Part shown: positions 38,608 to 50,772 of the stretch, one piece after another
Numbering within the stretch: the stretch's first letter is position 1
Layout: the number at the start of each line of letters is the position of its first letter
Assembly: GCA_950097015.1 (NCBI GenBank)
Contig: CATNEN010000007.1
Coordinates: 4,712,001 to 4,776,000 of the forward strand
Length of the DNA stretch: 64,000 nt
Source of the DNA: Macrostomum hystrix
Taxonomy: Eukaryota > Animalia > Platyhelminthes
Direction of reading: 5' to 3'
Notes under the pieces: generated by a model
What the model was told of the DNA's origin: nothing
What the model saw: the letters and a program-made list of their open reading frames with translations, nothing else
Database searches by the model: none
Translations under genes and position numbers: made by a program

Positions 38608-39692
38608 CTCCCAGCTGCAGAGAACTAATTCCTCCCCCCAGTAGCAGAGAACTAATTCCCCCCAGCAGCAGAGATCTAATTCCCCCCAGCAGCAGAGATC
38701 TAATTCTCCCCAGCAGCAAAGAACTAATTTCCCCCAAGCAGCAGAGAACTAATTTCCCCCCAGCAGCAGAGGACTAATTCCCCCCCCCAGCAGCAGAGGA
38801 CTAATTCCCCCCTAGCAGCAGAGAACTAATTCCCCCCCCAGCAGCAGAGGACTAATTCCCCCCCCCCAGCAGCAGAGGACTAATTCCCCCCCCAGCAGCA
38901 GAGGACTAATTCCCCCCTAGCAGCAGAGAACTAATTCCCCCCCAGCAGCAGAGGACTAATTCCCCCCTAGCAGCAGAGAACTAATTCCCCCCCCAGCAGC
39001 AGAGGACTAATTCCCCCCTAGCAGCAGAGAACTAATTCCCCCCCCCAGCAGCAGAGAACTAATTCCGGCAATGTTGAGGTTTCCTTCGCGATATTATTTT
39101 TCAAATGGATTTGTTGCAGACCGGTCCGCTGCTACCCTGATGCCAATCATCCAGCGGCATGTCCTACCTGGCAGCCGCATCCTCACAGATGGCTGGCTTG
39201 CATACGCTGGCCTGGCAAACCATGCTGTTGTCAATCATCGGCTGCACTTTGTTGACCCACAGGATGGTACAGTGCACACAAACACCATTGAGGGGACCTG
39301 GGCCCATGCAAAGGCGAAGTTCAGGTCCATGTATGGAACCTCGGCCGGACTCTTTGAAAGCCACCTGGAGGAATTTCTCTGGCACCGCCTGTACCCGGCC
39401 AATGCTTTTGGAGCTGTACTGTACTGGGTGTCACACTACTACCCACTGTGACTTCTCTGTGTCTGTCTGTCTCTGTGAACTAAAACTGCCCTGAACTGTT
39501 TATCATTATCGTTGTTTATCTTTGTTTATCGTTGTTTATTGTTGATATTACGTCATATTAATCATCTCCATGGATACGCAAATTTCTCAAATCCATTTGA
39601 AAAATAATATCGCGAAAGAAACCTCAACATTGCCCTAATTCCTCCCAGCAGCAAAGAACTAATTCCCCCAGCAACAAAGAACTAATTTCTCC
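38608..39692. repeat. ~24-bp minisatellite (CAGCAGAG[A/G]ACTAATTCCCCCC) interrupted by a Merlin element
   Basis: Units with variable C-run length at 38608-39066 and 39635-39692. Confidence 0.9.
39067..39634 (+). mobile_element. Merlin/IS1595-like DNA transposon, internally deleted non-autonomous copy
   Basis: 47-bp TIRs beginning GGCAATGTTG (1 mismatch), 8-bp TSD CTAATTCC (39059-39066 / 39635-39642). The interior encodes only a C-terminal IS1595-type transposase piece (RSAATL.PII..HV.PGS.I.TDGW.AY...VNH...FVDP..G.HTNTIEG.W). Confidence 0.9.
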
Positions 39693-40901
39693 TATAGAAA
39701 TAAAGTTTTGAATTTTAGTATATTGGATTAATAATAGGCCTAGCATATTATAGGACACAGGGTCCAATTTTCTCTTAAATTATTTTATTAGGCCTTTATA
39801 TTATATACATGCCTTTCTCAGATGTAAATTATAATAGGGGCCTATTATATACAGAAAGGACAAATGTAGGCTTTATCTCTTATTGTAAATAAAGAGTAAT
39901 GTAATATATATTAAAAATAATGCTGAACAAATCATACGACTCATAGACTCGTCACTGATAGGAAGGGCATGGAGGCCAGATGAAATGATCATATAGGCCT
40001 AAAGACGGTTAATCTTGCTTGTATACATCACACATGTATTTTACTGAAACACATTAGGCCTCATGAGTTAATTGCCTAGCCTAATAATATTGTTTGCATT
40101 TATTAGCTCTTTTCTTGTGCAAAAATTTATTTAAAAAACAATGATAGTATGGTTTACATATAACCGCGGTAGTCGGGAGATTTTAACTTTTCTTATTTTT
40201 TTTTGCACGAAGTCAAAAGAACATCTACGTCAACAACATCAATAAAGCTAATCGAATCACATGGAATTCCGGAAAACAGCACACAAAAAGAGCTTGAGTG
40301 TATAAAGTTCATTTAGCTTATTCATTCCTGACTATTTTTATGCACAGAAAACGTACCCAATAGCATATTTTGCAAGCTAAGGGAATGCAGTCAGCTTAGG
40401 AAAAGTAGGAACAAAATTAATAAGAGCTTCTACATTTTTTAGTTTTTTTTAGTACTTAATAAATTACTTAACAGTTCGATGTAACTCATTGCTCCTAATA
40501 TTGCTATAATTTTTTGGCTCTTAAATTTATCTTGGTCATGTAATTAATGATTGAACTGACGATTTGCGTTTCGAAACTCACAACACCTGGCAGCTATCAT
40601 AAAACCGCTAAACATGCACATATCGTACACGCACGTAAAAATTACTCAAATCGCGCATTTTGTGTGTACGCATAACATGCTTTTTAGTTTAGTCTATATC
40701 TAGAAGTCCTTAGTTGTATTAAGAATCCGACTTTTGCAACACCTATAAAGTCATGGATTTTAGGTGTCACAACTTCACAAGTAATGAGCCCACATACAGC
40801 TGACGTCCAAGTGAGGAGGGCCAACCAAGGACTACTAACGTATATAAAGGCTAACTGCCAGTGGTCCTTTGGGCCAACCCTCCAAATTTCAGAATGTATG
40901 C

Positions 40902-42158
40902 TCACCACAAAAAGTAGATTATATTTTCATGAAAGACAAATTTTTTACCGGTTTCATCCATCGGCTCGTACCTTGCTGCAGTAGTTAGCTGCTCATCCAT
41001 TGGCTCACTGACTACAGTTGGACGTACACAACGAGGCTGACTATGCGAGTCAGATTGCGGATCAATAGCAGCTGGCTGCACTGGGAATGCGGACTGCCCT
41101 TCGGCAACTGGTGTACTGGTCACCAGCGCATCAGAGGCAGATGAATTCGATAGAATGGCGATAGATTCGTGTCCGGCGACGGGCTGAGCGATGGCAGCTT
41201 TGTCAGTGACGGAGTTTCTGGTGACAGACAGGGCCGTATTATAAACAATGACAGACTGCCAAGAGCATGTGACATTAACAGATGGAAGAGTGTTAGACTG
41301 ATTGTCAGACGGGACGATGCTGGGCTGACTGCCGGCAGACTGACCGCTGTCAGGTGGGACGATGCTGGGCTGACTGCCGGCAGACTGACCGCTGTCAGGT
41401 GGGACGATGCTGGGCTGACTGCCCGCAGACTGACCGCTGTCAGGTCGGACGATGCTGGGCTGACTGCCGGCAGACTGACCGCTGTCAGGTGGGACGATGC
41501 TGGGCTGACTGCCGGCAGACTGACCGCTGTCAGGTCGGACGATGCTGGGCTGACTGCCCGCATACTGACCGCTGTCAGGTCGGACGATGCTGGGCTGACT
41601 GCCGGCAGACTGACTGCTGTCAGGTGGGACGATGCTGGACTGACTGCCCGCAGACTGACTGCTGTCAGGTCGGACGATGCTGGGCTGACTGCCGGCAGAC
41701 TTACTGCAATAATCCGCGGGCCGCTCCTGCGGTTTGATGACACTAATGGAGCTTGCGATGGAAGAATCAGAGTTGAACTGCAGGTAGCTAGATAGCTTCT
41801 TGGCAGCTGGTTGATTCGTCCAAGATGGTGTAGTGGCGGTATTTGGCCTAGCTTTGCCTGATAAAAAAATATTCGGGTCTATGTAAATCTAGATGCAGAC
41901 GATGACGATACGGTACGTCCGTCACCCAAACTGTTTGCGGAAATAGTAAAATTAGCTGTGGTTCGAATCGACGCATATCTGAGCAAAAATCTCACAAATT
42001 TGACAAATCCATGAGAAAAGAGGCGCGCTCTTAAGTAGCCGGTATTCCTCCAGGCTCATGCTGGAGCACGAGACTCGATGCTGCCACCCGCCGCAGTTGT
42101 CGCATTGCAATCTGTGCTGCCTCGGTCGCACCTGTTCAAGGCAAATGACGCACTGCAT
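40902..42158 (-). CDS. PHD-finger protein with a low-complexity 15-aa repeat region (spliced; 3' end uncertain)
   Basis: Exon 41996-42158 (CVIC..LQCDNCGGWQHRVSC..WICQI) spliced in phase 1 to 41857 completes the last Cys. The frame then stays open through a 45-bp array (DSGQSAGSQPSIVPP) to the stop at 40902. Confidence 0.6.
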
Positions 42159-44098
42159 TTCGGAATCATTTGTGTGTGCTTCAAATTGATCGGAGTTTAG
42201 CTTGCGTGCTTATTATTCTAGTGGAGAGCTTTGAAATGCGTACGATGTACTTAGCTCTGACAATGTGCCATCAACCCCAGCTAAAAAAGGACAGCCTCAA
42301 TTTGTTCACCAGGCCGTAGTCGTAGATTGACTGCATATTTTAGCAACAATACAAGCACATTGTACAAGCACCAGGAGAATTGTACTACCCTAGTGGCTGA
42401 ACTTGGTGTTTATTTTAGAAAAATGCTACTCGTGAAATTTATTTTGTGAACCAGCCCCCCCTGTTTCTGGTAGCCACAGAGGATCAGCCCCCCTTGTTCT
42501 GTAAGCTACAGAGGATCAGCCCTCCTGTTTCTGGTAGCTACAGAGGATCAGCCCTCCTGTTTCTGGTAGCTACAGAGGATCAGCCCTCCTGTTTCTGGTA
42601 GCTACAGAGGATCAGCCCTCCTGTTTCTGGTAGCTACAGAGGATCAGCCCCCCCCTGTTTCTGGTAGCTACAGAGTATCAGCCCCCCCTGTTTCTGGTAG
42701 CTACAGAGTATCAGCCCCCCTTGTTCTGTTAGCTACAGAGGATCAGCCCTCCTTGTTCTGGTAGCTACAGAGTATCAGCCCCCCTTGTTCTGTTAGCTAC
42801 AGAGGATCAGCCCTCCTGTTTCTGGTAGCTACAGAGGATCAGCCCTCCTGTTTCTGGTAGCTACAGAGGATCAGCCCTCCTGTTTCTGGTAGCTACAGAG
42901 GATCAGCCCTCCTGTTTCTGGTAGCTACAGAGGATCAGCCCCCCTGTTTCTGGTAGCTACAGAGTATCAGCCCCCCTTGTTCTGTTAGCTACAGAGGATC
43001 AGCCCTCCTTGTTCTGGTAGCTACAGAGGATCAGCCCCCCTTGTTCTGTTAGCTACAGAGGATCAGCCCTCCTGTTTCTGGTAGCTACAGAGGATCAGCC
43101 CTCCTGTTTCTGGTAGCTACAGAGGATCAGCCCTCCTGTTTCTGGTAGCTACAGAGGATCAGCCCTCCTGTTTCTGTTAGCTACAGAGGATCAGCCCTCC
43201 TTGTTCTGTTAGCTACAGAGGATCAGCCCTCCTTGTTCTGTTAGCTACAGAGGATCAGCCCTCCTGCTTCTGGTAGCTACAGAGGATCAGCCCTCCTTGT
43301 TTCTTGTAGCTACAGAGGATCAGCCCTCCTGTTTCTGGTAGCTACAGAGGATCAGCCCTCCTGTTTCTGGTAGCTACAGAGGATCAGCCCCCCTGTTTCT
43401 GGTAGCTACAGAGTATCAGCCCCCCTTGTTCTGTTAGCTACAGAGGATCAGCCCTCCTTGTTCTGGTAGCTACAGAGGATCAGCCCCCCTTGTTCTGTTA
43501 GCTACAGAGGATCAGCCCTCCTGTTTCTGGTAGCTACAGAGGATCAGCCCTCCTGTTTCTGGTAGCTACAGAGGATCAGCCCTCCTGTTTCTGGTAGCTA
43601 CAGAGGATCAGCCCTCCTGTTTCTGGTAGCTACAGAGGATCAGCCCCCCCTGTTTCTGGTAGCTACAGAGTATCAGCCCCCCTTGTTCTGTTAGCTACAG
43701 AGGATCAGCCCTCCTGTTTCTGGTAGCTACAGAGGATCAGCCCTCCTGTTTCTGGTAGCTACAGAGGATCAGCCCTCCTGTTTCTGGTAGCTACAGAGGA
43801 TCAGCCCTCCTGTTTCTGGTAGCTACAGAGGATCAGCCCTCCTTGTTTCTTGTAGCTACAGAGGATCAGCCCTCCTTGTTCGGTTAGCTACAGAGGATCA
43901 GCCCTCCTTGTTTCTGGTAGCTACAGAGGATCAGCCCCCCTTGTTCTGTTAGCTACAGAGGATCAGCCCTCCTGTTTCTGTTAGCTACAGAGGATCAGCC
44001 CTCCTTGTTTCTGGTAGCTACAGAGGATCAGCCCCCCTTGTTCTGTTAGCTACAGAGGATCAGCCCTCCTGTTTCTGTTAGCTACAGAGGATCAGCCC

Positions 44099-47000
44099 TA
44101 GGGTTTGCTATTACCGGTCCTTATCTCATTACCGGTAATTCGATAATATCTTTTTTATTTACCGGTAATTACCGGTAATTACCGGTAAACATGCAGTATT
44201 GCTATACTTTAATTCACTAAAAACGTCTTTGTTGCTCCCTTCTTAGAAAACATTAAAAAATTATGGTTGGGATGATAAGTGAGAATCGTAGGCATGTATA
44301 TTTGCACTATTCATTGCTCGAATTTCAATTTTTGTAGCCTTATAAAAAGTGTACCATATTTTCTTTAGACCGTATTCCTATCGCTGTAAATTGTAATATT
44401 TCACGTAAAGATCATTGCCATTAAAACTAACTCGGAGTCGAACCCATTCATTGATCCGCGACCGCCACTGTACTATATATAATTGAGATTTGAGCCTTTG
44501 AGACAGATACTTGTACAATTTTATTATAGTGGACAATGTGGTAGACTGGGAGTGGATTAAAATTGCGCAATAGTTTTGAACTGAATTCGCAAATTACTTT
44601 GAAATGTTCATGTTACAGCGCAGAAAGTTAAGGCAGTCAAGAGTGCTGTCCGAAAGTCGTGAACGCAGCCTTGTGCACAGATTGCCGGCAGTAGAAAATG
44701 CACGCTCCGACTCCACAGATGTAGGTGGTATGGTCAATAGCAGTTGGTAAACCTTGCTCATGTAGAAGCCTCGCTTGCCACTGTGTTCGGCCGCAGAGAG
44801 TTCGTTGAGGAGCACAGACGACAGGTCCTTCTGATGCATACTTTGAATTTCAGATTCAGGCAGCTTCATTGAGTCTTTGACTGCCTTCTGAAGTCTAAGT
44901 AGCACATCTGTGTCACTGACACTGTCAATGTCAACAGCACCATTTGGCGATGCCGATGGGACATCAGACCGCAGTTCAGTCGTCGCTGCAGCTAGCGCTT
45001 CATGGTCTATTTCATTTTCAACGACCAGGTTTAGTCTTGTAAGCAGAGAGCAGCAGTAGGTCTTGATTGATTGCTTTTTTGCCAGCCGTCTCTGTGGACT
45101 GTGCAAGTACTGAAGTACCACAGAATCGTTAGTATAGCGTTCTTGTACAATTCGCTGCTCGATTGCCAGTTTCAGATGTTTGCTTAGTTCAGACTTGTGC
45201 TTGTTGCTATCCATCTCTAGCTCGGTTATTAAAAATTTCACGACTGCTTCGGCCTCGATCAGATTTGAGTCCCTCCGAGACAGGGAAAGTACGGCAGCTT
45301 TCACAGGTTTTAGTGCGCGTACAACAGAAGCTACCACTTGGAAGTCGCTCTCACTTAGCCTGTCGCATGACCTAATGTTGACGTCAATCTGCGCTTTCTC
45401 AACACTCGCGCTAACTAGAAGGATGCGATCCAGCATGTCCACCAAGCTGTTCCATCTGGTCTTGCAATCCAAAATGAGTCGCCTGCAGGACACTTGGGGG
45501 ATCTGTTGTGCAATGTGGTTTTCCAGTATCTCTGAGCTCTTAGGAGACTTCCGAAAAACCCGAATCACGGATCTGACTTTTCTTATTGTTTCAGCAATTG
45601 AGCTCAGCGGTGTCACAGTCAAACAAGCAGCTGTAGACAGCATCGACTCCACGACGTCCGTTTCTTGTCCGTCATGATGATCAATTACAAGACCTTCGTT
45701 GAGATCACTGTCAGAATCTTCGTCGGAATCGTCCTCAACATTCACAATTGGATGGTGGTCCTCGCCGTCGGATCCTGAACTCGGTCCAATAGCGGCTCTC
45801 TGCACTGGAGTTACTTTCTCGTACAAAACGTCCAGTACAGCCAGTTGCAGTCCATGGCTGTAGCACAGCTGCTGTGAGATTGGAAGAATGAGCTGTCCAA
45901 CCTTCCGCATCATAGCGGCACCGTCTGTCGTGATGCAGACTATGTCTTGGGTCAAATTGAGTTCAAACTCAGTCAGCTTAGTGGACACCGCTTTTACACA
46001 ATTTTCTGCATTAAAGGTGCCGCTTACCCTTGACAGTCCTAGATTCCACAGCTTTTCACCGTCACGGATGTCGATATTCAAATACCGCACATTTCGGACC
46101 GACGTCCATTCATCAAATGTGAGGCTAAAGCGAGACCCGTTTTGCTTTCGCTGTAGTAGCTCTTTAGCTACATCGTTCTTCTTCTCACGGCCGTATTTCA
46201 ATACAAGTGACTTAATAGCGTTGGGTGACTTTGGCAGATCATGGCCGAGTGCAGCAAATGCTCGGCGCAAATCTTGCGAGGCTGCGAATGCCAGAAACGG
46301 CAATCCATGTCCTGCAGTCATGCGGGCCAACATCGCAGACATGGAAGTGTCGTTCTTGTTAGCAAAATAGCCAGTAATCGTATCTGCCAATAATAAGATT
46401 TAAAATATCACAGTGAGTAGTGGTACTAGTGGTGGGTAGTAGAGGTACATACTGATATACTGATACTGATGCTGATGCTGATGCTAATTTAACATGTATG
46501 ATGTAACTATTTATCAATTATTTTCCTCCCTAAATTTAGTTCATTAATCGCCCAGTATTGATTATAGAATGTAAAAAAGAGAAGTACTTACTTTTTGATG
46601 CCGATGGTGAAGCATAAGAAGACCCAACCACGTCAATGACAGTCTGGAGTCTAGCCATTTTTGTAGGGGGCTCGTTAACTTCCGCGATTGATTTCGGAAC
46701 CGTGGAAGTGGAATTGGCTTCTTTCTTGTGAATTCGCTTAAGGTGGCTCCGCAATCCACTGGTAGATCCACCTTCGCACTTTATGACTGCCTTACAGGCC
46801 GTACACTGTGCTGAAAGACCGTAGCGTTCGTTTTCCCATTCTCGCAAAAAATAGCTCCATATTTCGTTGTCGCTTCGAAACGGCTTGTACGTTTTCATTG
46901 AATGCGTGTTCTGTACTGTTAAAAATTATAATTGAAGTTATCTAGGCAGAGGCAGAGCCAAGCCAACTGAACAGAGTCACACTGACACTGAGCCAGAGCC

Positions 47001-47487
47001 AGACAAGAGGAGTGAACTGACTGCATGCATGTGCATGGCCACATATATTAGTAACAGAAGGGTAAGGCTTAAGGATTAAGGAATAAGGATAGGGAGGGCG
47101 GGGCCTGGGCCAGGCCAGGAGTAGGCCACACAGGCATGGGAATGTACATACATATGTACATGTATTCAGTATATTGCTCATCCCTTGGTTCCTTCCTTGG
47201 CTAATATGGCTATACCAGGCAATTTGAGCCCTTGAATTTTATCACTTATTTCTCCGCTTCTGAAGTCTCTCGAGTCTCTACACCCTGCAGTGAAGCGAAT
47301 GTGCATTAATTTCAATGACTGTCTGACCATTATTCATTTAATTTGTTTATGAATTAAGAGCTCAAATGTTTTTATTATGAAAACCGTTTACCGGTAATAC
47401 CGGTATATTTGCTTTAAAAAACCGGTATGAAAAAGCGGTCAATTACCGGTAAACCGGTTTACCGGTTTACCGGTAATGCAATCCCTA
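44099..47487 (-). mobile_element. Full-length hAT DNA transposon (3389 bp)
   Basis: Imperfect TIRs TAGGG[T/A]TTGC, 8-bp TSD ATCAGCCC (44091-44098 / 47488-47495), clustered subterminal TTACCGGT repeats at both ends. Confidence 0.93.
44594..46898 (-). CDS. hAT transposase with BED zinc finger, 698 aa, one intron
   Basis: join(46592-46898, 44594-46383), phase-1 GTAAGT..CAG intron. BED finger (IWSYF..AQCTAC..STSGLRSHL..IH), SLTFDEWTS, TTDGA, CYSH, TRWNS, PPTSVESERAFS. No stops or frameshifts seen. Confidence 0.92.
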
Positions 47488-49558
47488 ATCAGCCCTCCTT
47501 GTTCTGTTAGCTACAGAGGATCAGCCCTCCTTGTTCTGTTAGCTACAGAGGATCAGCCCTCCTGCTTCTGGTAGCTACAGAGGATCAGCCCTCCTTGTTT
47601 CTTGTAGCTACAGAGGATCAGCCCTCCTGCTTCTGGTAGCTACAGAGGATCAGCCCTCCTTGTTTCTGGTAGCTACAGAGGATCAGCCCTCCTGCTTCTG
47701 GTAGCTACAGAGGATCAGCCCTCCTTGTTTCTTGTAGCTACAGAGGATCAGCCCTCCTTGTTCGGTTAGCTACAGAGGATCAGCCCTCCTTGTTTCTGGT
47801 AGCTACAGAGGATCAGCCCCCCTTGTTCTGTTAGCTACAGAGGATCAGCCCCCCTTGTTCTGGTAGCTACAGAGGATCAGCCCCCCTTGTTCTGTTAGCT
47901 ACAGAGGATCAGCCCTCCTGTTTCTGTTAGCTACAGAGGATCAGCCCTCCTTGTTTCTGGTAGCTACAGAGGATCAGCCCCCCTTGTTCTGTTAGCTACA
48001 GAGGATCAGCCCTCCTGTTTCTGTTAGCTACAGAGGATCAGCCCTCCTTGTTCTGTTAGCTACAGAGGATCAGCCCTCCTTGTTCTGTTAGCTACAGAGG
48101 ATCAGCCCTCCTTGTTCTGTTAGCTACAGAGGATCAGCCCTCCTGCTTCTGGTAGCTACAGAGGATCAGCCCTCCTTGTTTCTTGTAGCTACAGAGGATC
48201 AGCCCTCCTGCTTCTGGTAGCTACAGAGGATCAGCCCTCCTTGTTTCTGGTAGCTACAGAGGATCAGCCCTCCTGCTTCTGGTAGCTACAGAGGATCAGC
48301 CCTCCTTGTTTCTTGTAGCTACAGAGGATCAGCCCTCCTTGTTCGGTTAGCTACAGAGGATCAGCCCTCCTTGTTTCTGGTAGCTACAGAGGATCAGCCC
48401 TCCTTGTTCTGTTAGCTACAGAGGATCAGCCCCCCTTGTTCTGTTAGCTACAGAGGATCAGCCCCCCTGTTTCTGGTAGCTACAGAGGATCAGCCCTCCT
48501 TGTTTCTGGTAGCTACAGAGGATCAGCCCCCCTTGTTCTGTTAGCTACAGAGGATCAGCCCTCCTTGTTTCTTGTAGCTACAGAGGATCAGCCCTCCTTG
48601 TTCGGTTAGCTACAGAGGATCAGCCCTCCTTGTTTCTGGTAGCTACAGAGGATCAGCCCCCCTTGTTCTGTTAGCTACAGAGGATCAGCCCCCCTTGTTC
48701 TGTTAGCTAGAGGATCAGCCCTCCTGTTTTTGGTAGCTACAGAGGATCAGCCCTCCTTGTTCTGTTAGCTACAGAGGATCAGCCCCCCTTGTTCTGTTAG
48801 CTAGAGGATCAGCCCTCCTGTTTTTGGTAGCTACAGAGGATCAGCCCTGCTGGTTCTGGTAGCTACACGGTATCCACCCTCCTGGTGGATAGCGAATAGC
48901 AAACGTAGTAGCCTAGTAGTTAGAGTGGTTGACTCACGACTTAAGGGTTAAGGGACTCACGGCATCGATTCCCGACTTCACTTGAACAATTGGAGTAATT
49001 GATTGATTAACAGTCTGGTTTAATGAAATATTGAAATAGCTGCGGCTGTGCTGTTGGCTGCTCATCTGGCCCAATTAGGGCAATGTGTAGTAAATTATTG
49101 TTTTATGTATTGAGGCGCACAAAAAGAAACAAAACTTTCAAATACGTGCCTGGAGGTATTATTATTAATTAATGCTTAATTATTCTAAGTGGCAGAATTT
49201 TTTACCCTGATTTTGAGACAACTTGCAGTCAAGCATCGACTTGGGGAAATTGTGCCCACCGAACAAAGTATTTCGTCAGCCCAACGTATACAGCACGTTA
49301 GATAGCGAAATCTCATGATTCCCAACTTTGCCCCATAGCGACGCCCACAAATGTGAACACGCATTCCCAAAGTTTTTTTGTTTACGACAAGCAGGGCTTC
49401 CCATAGCACGGGAAGGCATTCACATATCGAAATCTATGTGAGACCAGAGGCTCCCATTTCTGTGAGCACCAAGCAGCCACCCCAACCAATTGGGGTTAGT
49501 GTTAGGCTGCTGCGCTTATCGCTATGTGAAGCTCTGAAGAAACCAAAAATAGCTCGCC

Positions 49559-49583
49559 GTGTGCAGTCTCCGAAGGCTATAAA
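49559..49583 (+). promoter_or_regulatory. MRE core (TGCACAC, reverse strand) plus TATA box upstream of the 360-aa MT-like ORF
   Basis: GTGTGCA at 49559-49565 matches the TGCRCNC consensus. TATAAA at 49578-49583 lies ~110 nt before the ATG. Confidence 0.6.
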
Positions 49584-49689
49584 TGCAGCACACCTGAGGC
49601 ACCCAGGAAATCCTCAAGAAACTCGACCAAGCGATCCAGCTCGACAATCTAAAGCCAGAAATTAGCAACACAAGCCAACAAAGACGGTA

Positions 49690-50772
49690 ATGGAATCACA
49701 AGAGAAACCACAGTGCAAGTGCGACACCTGCGAATGCAAGAACTGCAAGTGCGAGACCTGCGAATGCAAGAACTGCAAGTGTGAGAACTGCAAATGCAAG
49801 AACTGCAAGTGCGAGACCTGCGAATGCAAGAACTGCAAGTGTGAGAACTGCGAATGCAAGAACTGCAAGTGCGAGAATTGCGAATGCAAGAACTGCAAGT
49901 GCGAGAACTGCGAATGCAAGAACTGCAAGTGCGAGACCTGCGAATGCAAGAACTGCAAGTGTGAGACCTGCGAATGCAAGAACTGCAAGTGCGAGACCTG
50001 CGAATGCAAGAACTGCAAGTGTGAGACCTGCGAATGCAAGAACTGCAAGTGCGAGAACTGCGAATGCAAGAACTGCAAGTGCGACACCTGCGAATGCAAG
50101 AACTGCAAGTGTGAGACCTGCGAATGCAAGAACTGCAAGTGCGAGACCTGCGAATGCAAGAACTGCAAGTGTGAGACCTGCGAATGCAAGAACTGCAAGT
50201 GCGAGAACTGCGAATGCAAGAACTGCAAGTGCGACACCTGCGAATGCAAGAACTGCAAGTGCGACACCTGCGAATGCAAGAACTGCAAGTGCGAGAACTG
50301 CGAATGCAAGAACTGCAAGTGCGAGAACTGCGAATGCAAGAACTGCAAGTGCGAGAACTGCGAATGCAAGAACTGCAAGTGCGAGAACTGCGAATGCGAG
50401 AACTGCAAGTGCGACACCTGCGAATGCAAGAACTGCAAGTGCGAGAACTGCGAATGCAAGAACTGCAAGTGCGACACCTGCGAATGCAAGAACTGCAAGT
50501 GCGAGAACTGCGAATGCAAGAACTGCAAGTGCGAGAACTGCGAATGCAAGAACTGCAAGTGCGAGAATTGCGAATGCAAGAACTGCAAGTGCGAGACCTG
50601 CGAATGCAAGAACTGCAAGTGCGAGAATTGCGAATGCAAGAACTGCAAGTGCGAGACCTGCGAATGCAAGAACTGCAAGTGCGAGACCTGCGAATGCAAG
50701 AACTGCAAGTGCGAGAACTGCGAATGCAAGAACTGCAAGTGCGAGACCGGTGAATGCAAGAACTGCAAGTGA
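49690..50772 (+). CDS. Long repeat-built metallothionein-like protein A, copy 1 (360 aa, ~140 Cys)
   Basis: ATG, an 8-aa leader, then 35 units of CKC[E/D][T/N]CECKN. The 30-bp unit has no indels. No aromatic or hydrophobic residues and no signal peptide. Upstream MRE+TATA and downstream AATAAA (51032). Confidence 0.8.
   Translation: MESQEKPQCKCDTCECKNCKCETCECKNCKCENCKCKNCKCETCECKNCKCENCECKNCKCENCECKNCKCENCECKNCKCETCECKNCKCETCECKNCKCETCECKNCKCETCECKNCKCENCECKNCKCDTCECKNCKCETCECKNCKCETCECKNCKCETCECKNCKCENCECKNCKCDTCECKNCKCDTCECKNCKCENCECKNCKCENCECKNCKCENCECKNCKCENCECENCKCDTCECKNCKCENCECKNCKCDTCECKNCKCENCECKNCKCENCECKNCKCENCECKNCKCETCECKNCKCENCECKNCKCETCECKNCKCETCECKNCKCENCECKNCKCETGECKNCK

Larger units (their letters stand above)
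42452..48862. repeat. 32-34-bp minisatellite (CTACAGAGGATCAGCCCTCCT[T]GTTTCTGGTAG) split by a hAT insertion
   Basis: Array at 42452-44098 and 47488-48862. Confidence 0.96.
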
